A DNA stretch of 64,000 nt from Paraspadella gotoi (Eukaryota; Animalia; Chaetognatha), in NCBI GenBank assembly GCA_051294375.1, contig CM119265.1:23115514-23179513 (forward strand). The letters run 5' to 3'. This document shows, piece by piece, positions 35,556 to 48,525 of this stretch. Every line of letters starts with the position of its first letter. The stretch's first letter is position 1. The notes beneath the pieces are model-generated. The model saw only the letters and a list, made by a program, of their open reading frames with translations. It ran no database searches and had not been told where the DNA came from. Both the position numbers and the translations under genes were made by a program.

Positions 35556-36839
35556 TTTTTTTTTTTGACAAGACGAGAGAGATAAAGGGGGGGGGGCTCC
35601 TATTTCCTTTTCCATTTTGAGACTTTGTAGAGAGATCGTAGCGTCTTGCGCTAGCTTCGCCCAAGCTGGCTTGTTTAAGTTATTGATTGCAAAATCATAA
35701 AGTAACTTATGTTTTATGATTTGATGGTATAACATCAATTCTGAAATTCTCTTTTCCTTCTAGGGCGAATGTAAGGTTCGTTCACATAAGGGTTCACCCA
35801 AGGCGTGCCTTGATAATTCTGTGATGGTTTCCGGGCCCTTAGATGAAGTGGCTAGTTGGAAATGGTCTGTAATGTTTTGAGGTTTGAATTTATAAAATAG
35901 TTGGCCTAAACTTGAAATCATTTTTCTTCCATAATAGGTATAAATTCTCTTATCCTTAATTTTGAAAAAAAATTCATTTAACATGGGTTTTGGTAGATTT
36001 GGAGAATTAAGTTGTAACAGAATATAGATGATGATATAGATGATTGATGAACTCAATCTCATTCTTGGTTGTATCAAAAGTTCCTTCCTTATATTAGTAC
36101 GACCAATATATATACAACTTCGGGTTACGAAATTCTCTCTTTCTTAGAGTCAAAGTTTAAGCGTGAATTTTTAAATATCGCGAAAGACTCAGTCCTCACT
36201 TAGGATAATAAAGTTTAATTGGCTCCGGATTATTTATAAATAACGATTTGATAATTTGTCCTTTGTTGGTCGTTTTTTTTTTTCGACAGAAAATTGAGAA
36301 ATTGAGAAATTCAGCGATCACGACATATTAGGCCAGGATAATAAGAGAACCAGCAAATTCGACCTAGTTTCGAGATTCTATTCACTAATGTTTTAAAGGA
36401 TGTAAAAAACAATATGAGGTGAATGTTCGTTAACTAAACTAACTTCGGACATGGTCAATGTAGGAATGAATAAATGATTCGAATTAACTATCGGAATATA
36501 AATTTATATTTTATTTTAAATTGTAGAAGACGAAAATAGTAATAATAGTAATAATAGTAATAATAAAACGGTAGTGGTTCGCTGAGCGAATCGCTGAAGC
36601 GTTCATGTGAGCTTTGTCCCAGACTCGATGGATTTGCGATCTTTGTTTCCTACAAACCTAATTTTAAAGTATAAGGTTGAAATAATGATTCCCAATAACA
36701 TAAATTTTAAAAAAAAAAAAGAATCAAAACTAAAACTGATGAATACGAACAAGAGTAAAATTAATTAATCCCACAAATGAAATTAATTTAAAAAAATCTT
36801 AAAAGCAATAGGGATCGAGCCCGCTTTCGATGGTAACCA

Positions 36840-37045
36840 AATATTGATGCGACTGATAACCAAATATTGCATGCGATGATAACCAATAATTGATGCGATG
36901 ATAACAAATAACTGATTGATGATAATCCAAATGATTGATGCGATGATAGTTCTCATTGATGTGATTATAATCATTCATGCATATGATGATAATCATTCAT
37001 TGATGCGATGATAGTCATTCATTGACGCGATGGATCATTCATCGT
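36840..37045 (+). repeat. Degenerate minisatellite of TTGATGCGATGATA-containing units
   Basis: Tandem units of roughly 20 bp visible directly. Confidence 0.8.
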
Positions 37046-37077
37046 AAATAAAACAAACAAATGCGTGTATGAATGAA

Positions 37078-37125
<48 letters not shown>

Positions 37126-37373
37126 GGCTGGTCAGTTTTCACTCTCGTTTATATTAAAGAATAATCAAAATTTTTTGAAAAAAAATTCACGAAAATCTCG
37201 GGATGAATTTGGGATTTGTATTGAGAAAAAAGCGCGGAATAAATGGCGAATAAATAGAAAGGAAAAAGAGAGAGAAGAGAGAGAGAGAGAGAAGAAGCTG
37301 GACCGCCCTGCAGAGCTGAACTCGTTTTTTCAACGTATCTGAGTAGGGACGACTCTTTTCCTTTCTAATATTT

Positions 37374-38066
37374 TTTTTACTTATCAAAAAAAATTTTAGG
37401 TCCTCATCTTAAAAAAGTTTTAATCTAGAATGAAAATTTAGATTTTTTTTTTTTTTAAGAAGAAACCAGACCGAGGTCAAATTGATATTTGCATATTTAA
37501 CTAATTTATTAATATTTATCCCAATCAAATAATTATTATTTAAAAAAGAATAAAAAATGATTAAAAATATACACTAAAAAATTACAATTTTAAAATTGTA
37601 AAAAATTGTTAGAATAACAAAAAGATAATGGTTAATTTGACAATATCTCTCTTCTCAACTCCTATTTTAGATATAATCGCCATAGTGGGCGACGGTCCAA
37701 AGACAGTAATAAACAAAAACAATTAAATTAATTAATCGCCGCCAATTGCCGCGGACATATAGCAGCTTATGTACAGCAGCAAGCTGATGTACATGTGACA
37801 TTGCCTGAATTTTTTTCTTAAAAATTGAATCCATGAAAATCTTGGACTGTAAATTTGGGATTTTGTATAGAGAATAAAAAAAATAAAATGGCGATAATAA
37901 AAGTTTTTAGAAGGAAAAAAATAATAAGAATTTTTCAAAAAATGAACGATCGTACATTTGAGAGAGAGAGAGAGAGAGAGAGAGAAAAGATAGAGAGCAG
38001 AGAGAGAGAGAGAGAGAGCCGGAACTCGTTTACTCGTTTACAAGTGAATAAATTTTTTTTGTAAAA

Positions 38067-38108
<42 letters not shown>

Positions 38109-39403
38109 AAGAGAGAGAGAGAAGAGAGAGGAGAGGAAAGTTTTCCCGCCAACGATACGCAATATTAGGTCACTCTGTTGTTTATATCGGCGTGATCTGC
38201 GGTCAAGTTGATTTTTTTTATCACTACGTTCTCCGATCCATCAAAACGCGTTATTAGGTCATGTTCCTCGACATTGTTTACTCGTTGCCCCGCAACGGCC
38301 ACGGAAATCAGGTCAAGTAAGTTATTCTTCACATTTTCTCTCAAAAAAAATCCACGAAAATCTCAGATGTAAATTTGGGATTTTGTATGAGAAAGAAGCG
38401 CGGAATAAATGGCGATAATAAAAGTTTTTAGAAGGAAAGAAATCATAGAGATTTTCAAAAAACGGTGGTAAAACACAAAGTGAATAATTTTTTTTGTAAA
38501 AAAAAGAGAGAGAGAGAGAGAGACGAGAGAGAACGGAGGCGAGACGGAGGGAGAGAGAGAGAAGAGAGCCTGAACTCGTTTTTTTAAACGATTCAGAAAA
38601 GGCCGCGCCTGATCAAATATATATGTTTTTTTAGAAAGAAAAAAATAATCAGAATTTTTTCACAAAAACGAACGATCACGCAAGAGATCGGCACACAAAG
38701 AGAGACAGAGAGGAAACTGAACTCGTTTTTAAACGTTTCAGAAAAGGCAGCGGCCTTAAAAAAAAAATATTGTAATTAAAAAATAAATAAAAGAAAGGCA
38801 AAAAATGTTACAATGGTTTACAATTGGAAACTTTTCCAATTTTTCCAATCTCAGCTTGTAAAAGATTTTATTTTTATTTGTATTAAAATTAAGATATAGC
38901 TTGCTCATTAAAAAATCCTTTGAGTTCCCATTCTTTATTAGAAATTTAAAAAAATTTTTTTGAAGTTTCATATTAATATATATACTGCAATATGTAATTA
39001 GCTTAAAGCATTCTTATATACTAATTTTGATATTATAATGAGTACTATAATCTCATTTGCATATTGCAGTAAATCATAATGAAGTGGAAATTCAAACAAA
39101 AATACTTAAAATCCAAATGTAATAAGAAAATATTCAAAGCTATTTCAAGTTGAGAAGCCATATCTAATTTTTTAACTTACTATGATAGCACACTTTTGTA
39201 AAACTTTATAAATTCATAATAATTTTTATTTAAAAAAAAACGGTAAGTCCCAGCCAAAACTATAAAAGCGCAGTAGTTTTTATACAAAAAAGCGTGACGC
39301 CGACGACGACGACGACGCGACGAACGTGACTACTCACAAAGAAGCAATACTAAAACATTATAGAGCCTGACCCGGCTTCGCCGGTCATGGCTCGATAAAA
39401 ATA
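37374..39403 (+). mobile_element. Non-autonomous Helentron/DINE-1-like element (left boundary approximate)
   Basis: 3' hairpin GAGCCTGACCCGGCTTCGCCGGTCATGGCTC then GATAAAAA; (GAC)n tract; internal repeats with (GA)n; similar to 2480-5039. Confidence 0.6.
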
Positions 39404-40825
39404 GAATTCAAAACTAGAACTGAATGAATGGAACCAAGAGTAAAATTAATTAATCCCACAAATGAAATTAATTTAAAAAAATAGAATCAAAACTAGAACT
39501 GAATGAATGGAACCGAGAGTAAAATTAATTAATCCCACAAAATGAATGAATGATACCGAAGAAAGAAAAAAGACAATAATGTTAACCAAATTTGTCATTG
39601 ATGATTATTAATAATGCTTAACAACACCTGAGAGTCGATCGAATTTTTATTGGGACAAATTCTAAGTAAGACAGAGAAGGTGCGAAACCCGTTCAGGAGG
39701 CGACGATTTTAATGAGGCAGTTATTTGGCCGCTAATGAGCGAAGCGACTGAACAATGAACATATCGCGACCGCAGATTTGTCAAATAAATGACAACCATA
39801 ACTTTTATGTTTTTTTCTTTGAGAGAGGTAAGGAACTTCAGATTTGCAGATTATTATTTACTTCAGCTTATTATCAGTTTTAAAGATTTCGACATACATA
39901 AAAAAAAATGGATACTGTGATGTTTTCGAAAAAGATAGTAAGGGTTTTTACTGATCAGTATTGAGAAATATTTGCTTCACTAACCCAATATATATACATC
40001 AAAGAAAAAACTTTCTTCTAAACCGTTTTTTTTTTTTTTTGTCTTTCCTCCAAATAACGACTTCCCATATGTTTTTTTCATGATCCGAAAACTCATAAAC
40101 TCCAAAACCGAAAAACGCGAGACACGCAACCTGAAAAGTCTCCCCGATCAATTTGTGCCGATTGTGCGGCTTGGTATTTGGAGGAAAAAAGGGAGGAAAG
40201 GGAAAGAAAAAGGGAGGAAAGGGAAAGAAAGAGGGAAGAAAGGAAAAGAAAAAGGGAGGAAAGGGAAAGAAAAAGGAAGAAATAAAATAGGAAAATGAAT
40301 AAGAGAAATAAATATATAAGATACAAAATGTAAATGAACTCATTTAGATTTAACACTACAATATGTAAAATTGTAAATGAGATTGAGAAATTCGATCTCA
40401 TTTAAGATCATATTAAATAATCATATCTTACAAATGGAAAAAGGGGAAGAAAAAGGGAAGAAAATTGAAAAGTAAGAAAGAAAATGAAGGGAAAAAAATA
40501 ACAAATGGGGACAAAAAAAGAATTAAAGAGAAAATGATAATTGATGAAACGAAAATTGGAGGAATAAGGAATAAAAGAGTTCGGGAGTCAAGTTAAAATA
40601 ATAAGAGAAAAAGAGGGAAAACGGAGGAAGGAAACTAAAAATAGAAAAAAAGATGGGAAGGGGAAGAGAAGGGGGGGAAAAGGAAAAAAAGAAAAGATAT
40701 GAGACTTATCAAGGGCGTTCCGAACACAGACCTTTTTTTTTTCTTTTTCGCTTCAGACTGGAATTTCTGCGGCTTTGAGCTTTCGATCTCTTCGAATCCT
40801 TACTTGTTTCGGTCAAATCAAAAAT

Positions 40826-40899
40826 ATGAAAGGTAAGTAAGGACTGAGGCACCTTAACTTATGGGTCTTCGTACCTATCTTATAGAAAATTAAAGTTAA

Positions 40900-40993
<94 letters not shown>

Positions 40994-43926
40994 TCGACCA
41001 CGGCCACCGACGCCGCACGCTGATGGCATTTCCGGTTTCGTCGTCCTCGGCGTCTTTTTCGCGCTCATTTTTCAGGCGTCAATCGTGAAAGGATTTTCCA
41101 TTCATTTCTTGAAAGAAATTGGAACTTACGAAGATTTTCTGACTCCCGATGGAATCAAGGTAGCAATCGACGACGATGCCAAATGTACACTTTTATTAAA
41201 ACAATATTAAAACAATATTTTATTAAAAAACAATATATATTCGTGAATGAGATTAATCAGAAAGAGCGCGGCACTATTTAAGTACATGCATAAGACAGAT
41301 AGAGTGTGAAAGAGAGACAATAGACAATATTAATTACTTGCGGCTTTAGGCACCTTGACCCTCAAGGCTTGAGGGCCTTTAAAAGCTACCAATTTCTCTA
41401 GAATATTTACAAATTGTAATTGAGTTTTAAACAAAATTGCATCGCACTTCTAACTACAGTCGATTGAACAAACTTCATGAAACCTCTCCAATTGACAGTG
41501 AACACAGATTCGCTCCTTTCCTAGTATTTCTTTTATAATTATTATTTTCTTTTACGACCGCTAAATACAATGACCAACGGGCATCGAACTCGTGACCAAA
41601 ATGATAATAATGTAAGGATCAAAGATTCTTCATTCATAAAAGTCAGAAAATCAAATTCGTCGTTAAACAAATTCCGGATTTAGATTTTGACAAAACGTCT
41701 GTCGCTTTATGAAAACTCTCTTCCGAGAGTGCCCCATTTCTGTTCGTTTATCCAAGAATTTAAATTTTAACCTTGATATTTATCCTTATTGTGTAATCCT
41801 TTCGTTTCGTTGCTTTAGGAATTTGCAGGAATAAGTTAAAAGATGTTTGAAATTTAAATAAAAATAAATCGTTATTGTAAACATCTTTAAACTTATTCCT
41901 GCTGATATTTATCCTAAATATATTCTTAAACTTATAAACCATATTCATAATCCTAAACCGTAAACCCTAATCACTAATTTCTAACCCTATCCTCTTACCC
42001 TAAACGCTAGTTCCTATCCCAAATCCCTAACGTAACCATAAACAAAATCCCTAACATAATTAATATAATGAATTATTAACCCAATCCCTGACCTAATATT
42101 TAACCCTAACTTCTAACCTAATCTTTAATTAAAGAGCTTAACCTAATTACGTATTTAAGATAAAAATGGAGGAGTTCCCCAAAAAATAAGTCCTTACTTG
42201 GGTTTTTAAATGTCATTTATAGTATAATCAGATAAATCCACGGCCTCTGTCCTACCGAAAAGCGGCTCATTGGGCCACGTCATAAACATTTGATAAAGAA
42301 GGGGGAAATTTTTTTAATTTTTTAATTTTTTAATCGTGACTCTCGGCAAGTGCGAGCTAAAAATAGATTTTCTTAGAACTTGTCGGTTGAGTTTCTTTTA
42401 TTTTTATTCATTGGTTAATAAGCGTAAAAAAATTAAGAAGGGTGAGGTTCGGATCGAGTCGAAAAGGGAATGTTATATGGATGTCATTGAAACTAATTAG
42501 GTAATAGTTGATTATCGTTTAGGATCGTTGAATTATGAATCAAATGGAACAAATATCACGCGGAATTATTCTGCACCCATTCATTCATTCATTCCTTCAT
42601 TCCCTGACTTCGACCCCATAATCCCCCGTAACCTTTTCCCCATCTATCCCCCCCACCTCCGCAGGTCAATTGGACGATCGACGCGTCCGATTCTTCGCTA
42701 GACGACTTTTCCTTCTACCTTCTCTCCATCTCTTTCCAAGGCGTCTTCTCCGACGCCACGCGCGACCTCAACGCCTCCAGCGTTAATTGGACCTGCTACG
42801 CCTGTCGGGCGCCTGATTCCGATTGGGGAGAAACGAGGCTGCAGCTCTTTCGGTGAGGAGTTTGTAGAGGGGGGCAGCTCACCAATGAAGAGACAGTAAT
42901 CATTGTTATGTGTTAGCGACAGAACCGTTCAATATAAGCAGTCCCTGAGCTTCGGATCAGGCTGTAACACCCGGATACAGGCGGGTTAAGTGTCCCGTCC
43001 CTCTTAACTGCTAGGCGACCATCGGGCTAGAACCCCGGACCTTTGGGTTGGTTTGGGTTGGGAGGCGAATGACTTGCCTCCTGCACTGATGGCCGCTGAT
43101 GAACGGTTGGTGATTTTAGTCCACCATATTATTTTGATTTATAAAATATTTTTTCAAATACTAAAATATTATTAGTGCCACAATAACAGTTCAGTTTAAG
43201 CCCTTGAAAGCCCAGCCACTAGTTACGTTATCCATTTACAAAATTTACAACACAATTCCTCCCACGATCGATATTATATATTTAAAATTTGGGTGGATCT
43301 CAATTTAATATGTGCCATCGTGGCTCTTGTCACTCATCGACCATGAGTGACAGAAAAGTTCTGAGTCATGACACTTTTATGTTTATTAGTTTTGAAGTTG
43401 AAACTTGGAAAAACTCAGTATCGAATACGGGAGAGACAGAGAGAGAAGTAGAGATTTTTTGAAATGCAGTAAAGATCGACTGTCAAAATATAAATTATCT
43501 GTAACTTTCCCAAGCATTGTCCCGTGGCCAGTTGAGAACGACAACGCCACCACTCTTCCTCCTCCTCCTCCGCCTTCTGAGACATCGAACCTTCAACGAA
43601 CCACCCTCCCCGAGCCGCTCGTCAACTCCTCCCGCCTCCTCCTCCTCACCGCCACCTTTTCCTCGATGACCCGGAGCCTCTTGGAGTCACGGAGCGGGAA
43701 GGTCACCTTCAGAGCGTCGATGTCGCGGAGCGGAGGCGACGACGACGACGGGAATCTCGTCTCCAGCGACGTCAGCGTCGTCATCTTGGAACCGGAACCG
43801 ATTTCCATGAAGGCGGTGGCCGCCATCGCCGCGGGCGTCGCTTTTAGCGTCATCTTCGTCGGATGGAAGATTCACTCCAAGTGCTTCGCCAAGAAAAAGC
43901 CCAAGAGACAAGAATCGAAGGAGTGA
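40826..43926 (+). CDS. Orphan single-pass (type I-like) membrane glycoprotein, ~258 aa; exons 40826-40832, 40993-41159, 42665-42852, 43515-43926
   Basis: Four phase-compatible GT-AG exons: MKARPR..GFVVLGVFFALIFQASIVKG (hydrophobic leader), NWT/NAS/NAT/NSS sequons, Pro/Thr stretch, TM AVAAIAAGVAFSVIFVGW, basic tail. Confidence 0.75.
42877..43126 (-). mobile_element. Family-1 repeat in intron; twister-like core 42938-43011
   Basis: Reverse complement of the family-1 unit incl. GCAGUU AAGA GG GA CGGG..UAA CC C GC C..CCUGA UCCG AAGC UCAGG GACUGC. Confidence 0.9.
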
Positions 43927-44970
43927 AAATTTTTTTATTTTTTTTTCTGGATGTGGGGCGGTTGCTGGGGGGGGGGCAAGTGAGCGGCGTAAAGCGTGAA
44001 ATTAGAGAAGGGAGATTTAAAAGTAAAAGTTCGTTGGAACAGTTAATTTATCTGGACTCCAGTGGATTCGGAAACATGGAATGGAGATTTATTCTTGCAT
44101 AAGGAACGCTTTAAAAAAGACAAGCAGAAATAAAAAAAAAAATCCTATTTACCTTTTATCGGCTTTTTACTCTCATTTCTTATTGTACTGTTTGCTAAAT
44201 TTCAAAGAGTCACTACTCACAGAAATTCTAAATTATCGATTATCGACCGAAATTAACTTCAGGAACTTTTTTTTTTTTAATTAGATTTGATGTCAATTTT
44301 TTTTTTTCGAACACCCTTTTCTTTGTACCGTTTTTGAAAATATCCAATCCCACGGCATTCTTACGTAAATTACAATTTTTGAGGCTTGATTAGATCTATC
44401 GTTGCTTTGTTACTATTTTTGTCCATCAAATGAAATTCCCAAGAAAAAACCTGTTTATGCAATGACGAAAAAACTATTTTCAATTGCAACAGCTTTTCTT
44501 GAATCTTAAAACCTAAAGACTTTAAACCTTTATATTTTCAAAAAAAAATCGTTCGAGATTAATTAGATAATTAGCAGAAACGGCCATTTTTATGACAATA
44601 GACGTGCATTCGCATTTGAACAGTTTAATAGAATAAAATAAAATATAGTTTTCATTATCATTTGTATTTCCATTATCACTAATCAGTAATCATCATTAGG
44701 GTGAAGTGAAAGTTTGGAATCAAAATTTAGCAGTTATATCTTGAAAACTATCATATTAGTGAATACTAATCTGTAATTATTTTTTTTTACAAATATAGTA
44801 GCCCAGTCAGCTTATTTTATATATAGTACTACCCTTATATAATGTCAAAATTTCAAAATATTTTTTTTGAAGTAATCCTTTCTTTTTCGTTGTTAGTTTT
44901 GTTGTCACCTTGACCTGTCCTCTCATCTGACCACTATTCTGTCTTACCACTTTGTTGGAAAACTTTTACC

Positions 44971-45039
<69 letters not shown>

Positions 45040-45075
45040 CCTTCTTATGCACAAATTTCAAACCAAACTGTCAAA

Positions 45076-45118
45076 AACGCTGATGAAGGCTTGAAAAGCA
45101 AGTCGAAACATGTCTGTT
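45076..45118 (+). ncRNA. Minimal type-I hammerhead ribozyme motif
   Basis: AACG CUGAUGA A GGCUUG AAAAG CAAGUC GAA ACAUGU C UGUU; lies at the end of a (CT)n-containing repeat ~44905-45150. Confidence 0.8.
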
Positions 45119-45349
45119 CAATTAAAATAAAATTCGTTGCAAACAAAAACTTTGCCAATTCTCAAAATATTTTTTTAAAAATTCTTAGAACAGATTCAAA
45201 AATTATGTCATTAAATAGGTTAAAATTATAAAAAACTATATTTTTGAGTTCAAAATTGAAAATCGACATCTTAAATATAGTTTTTTACATTTTTAACTAG
45301 TAGAAGAAGTTTGAATTTGTTTACAACAACGATTTTATTGGTACATAGG

Positions 45350-45393
45350 GACGTACATGTTTCGGCTTTAAATTACAAGCCTTCTTCAGCGCC
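45350..45393 (-). ncRNA. Minimal hammerhead ribozyme motif
   Basis: GGCG CUGAAGA A GGCUU..AAGCC GAA ACAUGU A CGUC. Confidence 0.8.
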
Positions 45394-45440
45394 ATAGAAA
45401 ATTGTTTGTGAATTTTACAAATTATTTGTGCAAAGGAAAA

Positions 45441-45477
<37 letters not shown>

Positions 45478-45608
45478 GGAGACAGAGAGAGGGCAAAATT
45501 TCCAACCCAGAGTTGAGAAAAGAATAGTGGTCAGATGTGAGGACAGGTTAAGGTGAACACAGATTGAGCTAGATTGTGAAAAGAAATTAAGTGGTGAAAA
45601 TTTTCTAT

Positions 45609-45652
45609 GGCGCTGAAGAAGGCTTGTAATTTAAAGCCGAAACATGTACGTC
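45609..45652 (+). ncRNA. Minimal hammerhead ribozyme motif
   Basis: Identical to 45350-45393 in the opposite orientation; GUA cleavage triplet 45646-45648. Confidence 0.8.
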
Positions 45653-46521
45653 CCTATGTACCAATAAAATCGTTGTTGTAAACAAATTCAATCTTATTCT
45701 ACTAATTCAAACACAACGAAACGAAAGGAAATTCGCGATACATTTTTAACCAACTTAATGAAAGATTTTTTTAAAAAGAATTATACTTTCTTTTTGCAAG
45801 GAATCCAAATCCGATCTTAAAATGTAAAAATTTTCAATTTAAAATTTTAGCTTATCATATACTTATTACTATATATAAATATAGCTCACTGGTGCCCACT
45901 AATGTATAAAATTTAAAAATAAATTTACCAAAGTATTTTTATTGGTTTTTATTTTTATGTTTTATATGCTAAATTTTAACTTTCTAAAATTTTCTCATTT
46001 TCACATCACTCTAATCATCATCTTCCATAATAATCGAGTTAGTGATGGTAAAGCATTTAGTCAACTTGTTGATTAGAAATTAACATATTGTAGACGCAAT
46101 GATTTTTAAACTGAGAATGTTCGCAAATAGCACATTTGAAATTTACAATTTAAGAGTGAACTGGCAAGCAGCAGCATACTGAAGACGGATTACCCACCTG
46201 TATCACATAACTACGAGGAAGCCTCCAGGCTTAAATCCTGGACCTGGATTACGAAGCGACTTGTGGACGCCGACTTTTGACGCCAACGCCATCGTTTAGG
46301 CGCGCATAAGGAATTATCTCAATTAATTATTTATTAGCCCTTATTTCTCTCTGGTTTTCTTTCTCTCTTTCTTTCTATCTTCCACTCATTCTTTCACTCC
46401 CGAATGTCAATCTTTTTTTTCTTTTACTTCCTTATGTCACTCCTTTTTTTCCCCTTTTCTCTGACCTACAATACCGGTTTCCTCAGGGGTTTTCCAATTT
46501 ATTTTCCTACATCCCGTTATG

Positions 46522-46575
<54 letters not shown>

Positions 46576-46813
46576 CTGTTGCCCACATCGCACCCAAATA
46601 TACCGTCAATAAAATTGATTGCAGATCTACTCATATTGATTCTTTTCTTAAAATAGTTTTGACGGATCGATGCAACTTTTTGCGCCAAAAGAGAAGTAAA
46701 AATGAACGGATTACACGCGCGCTCGGTAATTTACAATTCTTTATGAAAATTGCAAAATTATTTAATTCACTATTTTAAGTTTTAGATTTTATAATATATA
46801 TAATACAATTTTG

Positions 46814-46847
<34 letters not shown>

Positions 46848-48216
46848 AATTTTTTAATATTAATTTTGGTTTTTGATAATCTAAAAATTGTTGTACCAAT
46901 TTCATATTATTAATGGTAGAGAGTTTTTAGTGTTGTCTTCTGAAATTTAATTATCAAATAAGTTTTATGTAAAAGTCATATGGCTTGAGGTTATCAAATA
47001 TTGTTCAGTTTACTTTTTCATCGATATTTACTTTTCCATTCACGGAATGTAAATAGGTATAGGTTAGTCTAGAATATAGTCTCGCCTATTGTTTACAACA
47101 GTATTTTGATCTGTCGCAAAGATGATTAATTTTTATGTTTTTGATTTTTCTTTCCTTGCGCTTCTTTTTTATTTGTGCTTTCATCAGTACATCTGGAAAA
47201 AGAGGTGGTTAAAATTTGGATCTATTGCTTAACATTTAGGAATGTGAAAAAAACCGTAAATTAATATTTTAATGAAAAAAAAACTTTTATTGTTTTTTAA
47301 GTTTTTCGTAGAGTAATTAATCGAGATAATTAATCCTTAAAATTTTCTAGGCTCGCCCAACATAAAAACAGAAATATTTTGCTTGAGGGTTCTACTAAGT
47401 ACAAACATTTTTAAAGCGGGAAAATTGGACATTTCTAAGCTTCATGTTCTGTTCATTACTTCCGCCAATGAATGAACCAGGGAATATTACCAAATTTTAA
47501 GCCTATGGCGAAGGGAGTTAAGCTAAAGCCACAAAGTTAATGTTAGTTCCTACTTTGCGGCTAAAATTCAAACCGGTTTTAAATTGAGCTACAAGTCCAT
47601 ATATTTATTATTTTATTGTTCGGGAAAAAAATTTAACGATCGAAATTGCAACTGGAAAATAAAATCATAAGTCGTCGATTAGGTTCGAAAATACGTTATT
47701 CATTTTATCATTTCATTTCAATTTACTGGGAATTATGAAGTTCTTTGCTTTAATTTAAAAAAAAATAACGTGCTAATTCAAATTAATAAAGCAAAAAAAT
47801 AATAAGAAGTACATAATTAAAAGAAATTAAATTGACCTCTTCAAAATGAATTGCAATTTTAATCCAAAAATATTTTGTGTAAAAAGTAAAAAGGCGCGCG
47901 ATACTTAAACAAATAATTTTAACTATTTTTCAAAATAGTTTTCAATCAAACTCTAATCAGTAGTCATAAGAATTATGCAAACTTATTTTCGACGGGTAGA
48001 CCAAATCTGTTGTCGTCAAATTTTTGAAATTTTTAGCCGGATCTGCTAGAATGGAGCACTTGAGAACAAAATTTTTATTTGAGATATGTTGCAATGATAA
48101 TTATAAGTGAAGTATATACAAGAAATGATTCACTCCCATTCTGTGGGGATCAGAACAGAAATTACACTATATTTATAGTTATATCCTTATGGTGTATAAT
48201 CCTTTCTTTCGTTGTA

Positions 48217-48417
48217 TGGTGGACTAAAATCCACCAACCGTTCATCAGCGGCCATTGGTGCCAGAGGCAAGTCGTTCGACTCCCAACCCAAAAGGTTAAG
48301 AGGGACGGGGCGCTTAAACCGCCTGTAACATGGTGTTACAGCCTGATCCGAAGCACAGGGACTGCTTAAATTGAACGGTTCTGTCACTAACACATAATAA
48401 TAATTACTGTATCTTCA
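48217..48417 (+). mobile_element. Family-1 repeat with T-arm deletion
   Basis: CCCAAAAGG joined directly to TTAAGAGGGAC. Confidence 0.85.
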
Positions 48418-48482
48418 GTTGTGTGTTTGCTTACGAAAAAAGTTTATTTTGATTTTGACAACGATTTGTTTTTATTTTAAAA

Positions 48483-48525
48483 AACGTACATGTTTCGGCT
48501 TTTCATTCAAGCCTTCATCAGCGCC
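48483..48525 (-). ncRNA. Minimal hammerhead ribozyme motif
   Basis: GGCG CUGAUGA A GGCUU GAAUGAA AAGCC GAA ACAUGU A CGUU, followed by the family tail AAUAAA..UCGUUGU. Confidence 0.8.

Larger units (their letters stand above)
45298..45738. mobile_element. Penelope-like non-autonomous insertion with inverted hammerhead-bearing repeats and 12-bp TSD
   Basis: ~105 bp inverted repeats 45298-45403 / 45599-45704; TACATTTTTAAC at 45286-45297 and 45739-45750. Confidence 0.85.

Noticed and set aside
36840-37045. CRISPR-like array
   Set aside because: Degenerate minisatellite without unique spacers, eukaryotic context, no cas genes
41338-41405. Hairpin-rich segment as a further twister-like motif
   Set aside because: Has a CCCTCAAG/CTTGAGGG stem and UAA, but no 8-nt L4 or T1 complement could be fitted
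41950-42145. True telomere or interstitial telomeric array
   Set aside because: Only degenerate CCCTAA-like units, of a type common inside transposon remnants
43095-43126. CTGATGA plus hairpin at the family-1 end as a hammerhead
   Set aside because: No consistent GAAA or helix III across copies; the GAAA beside the 48217 copy is flanking sequence
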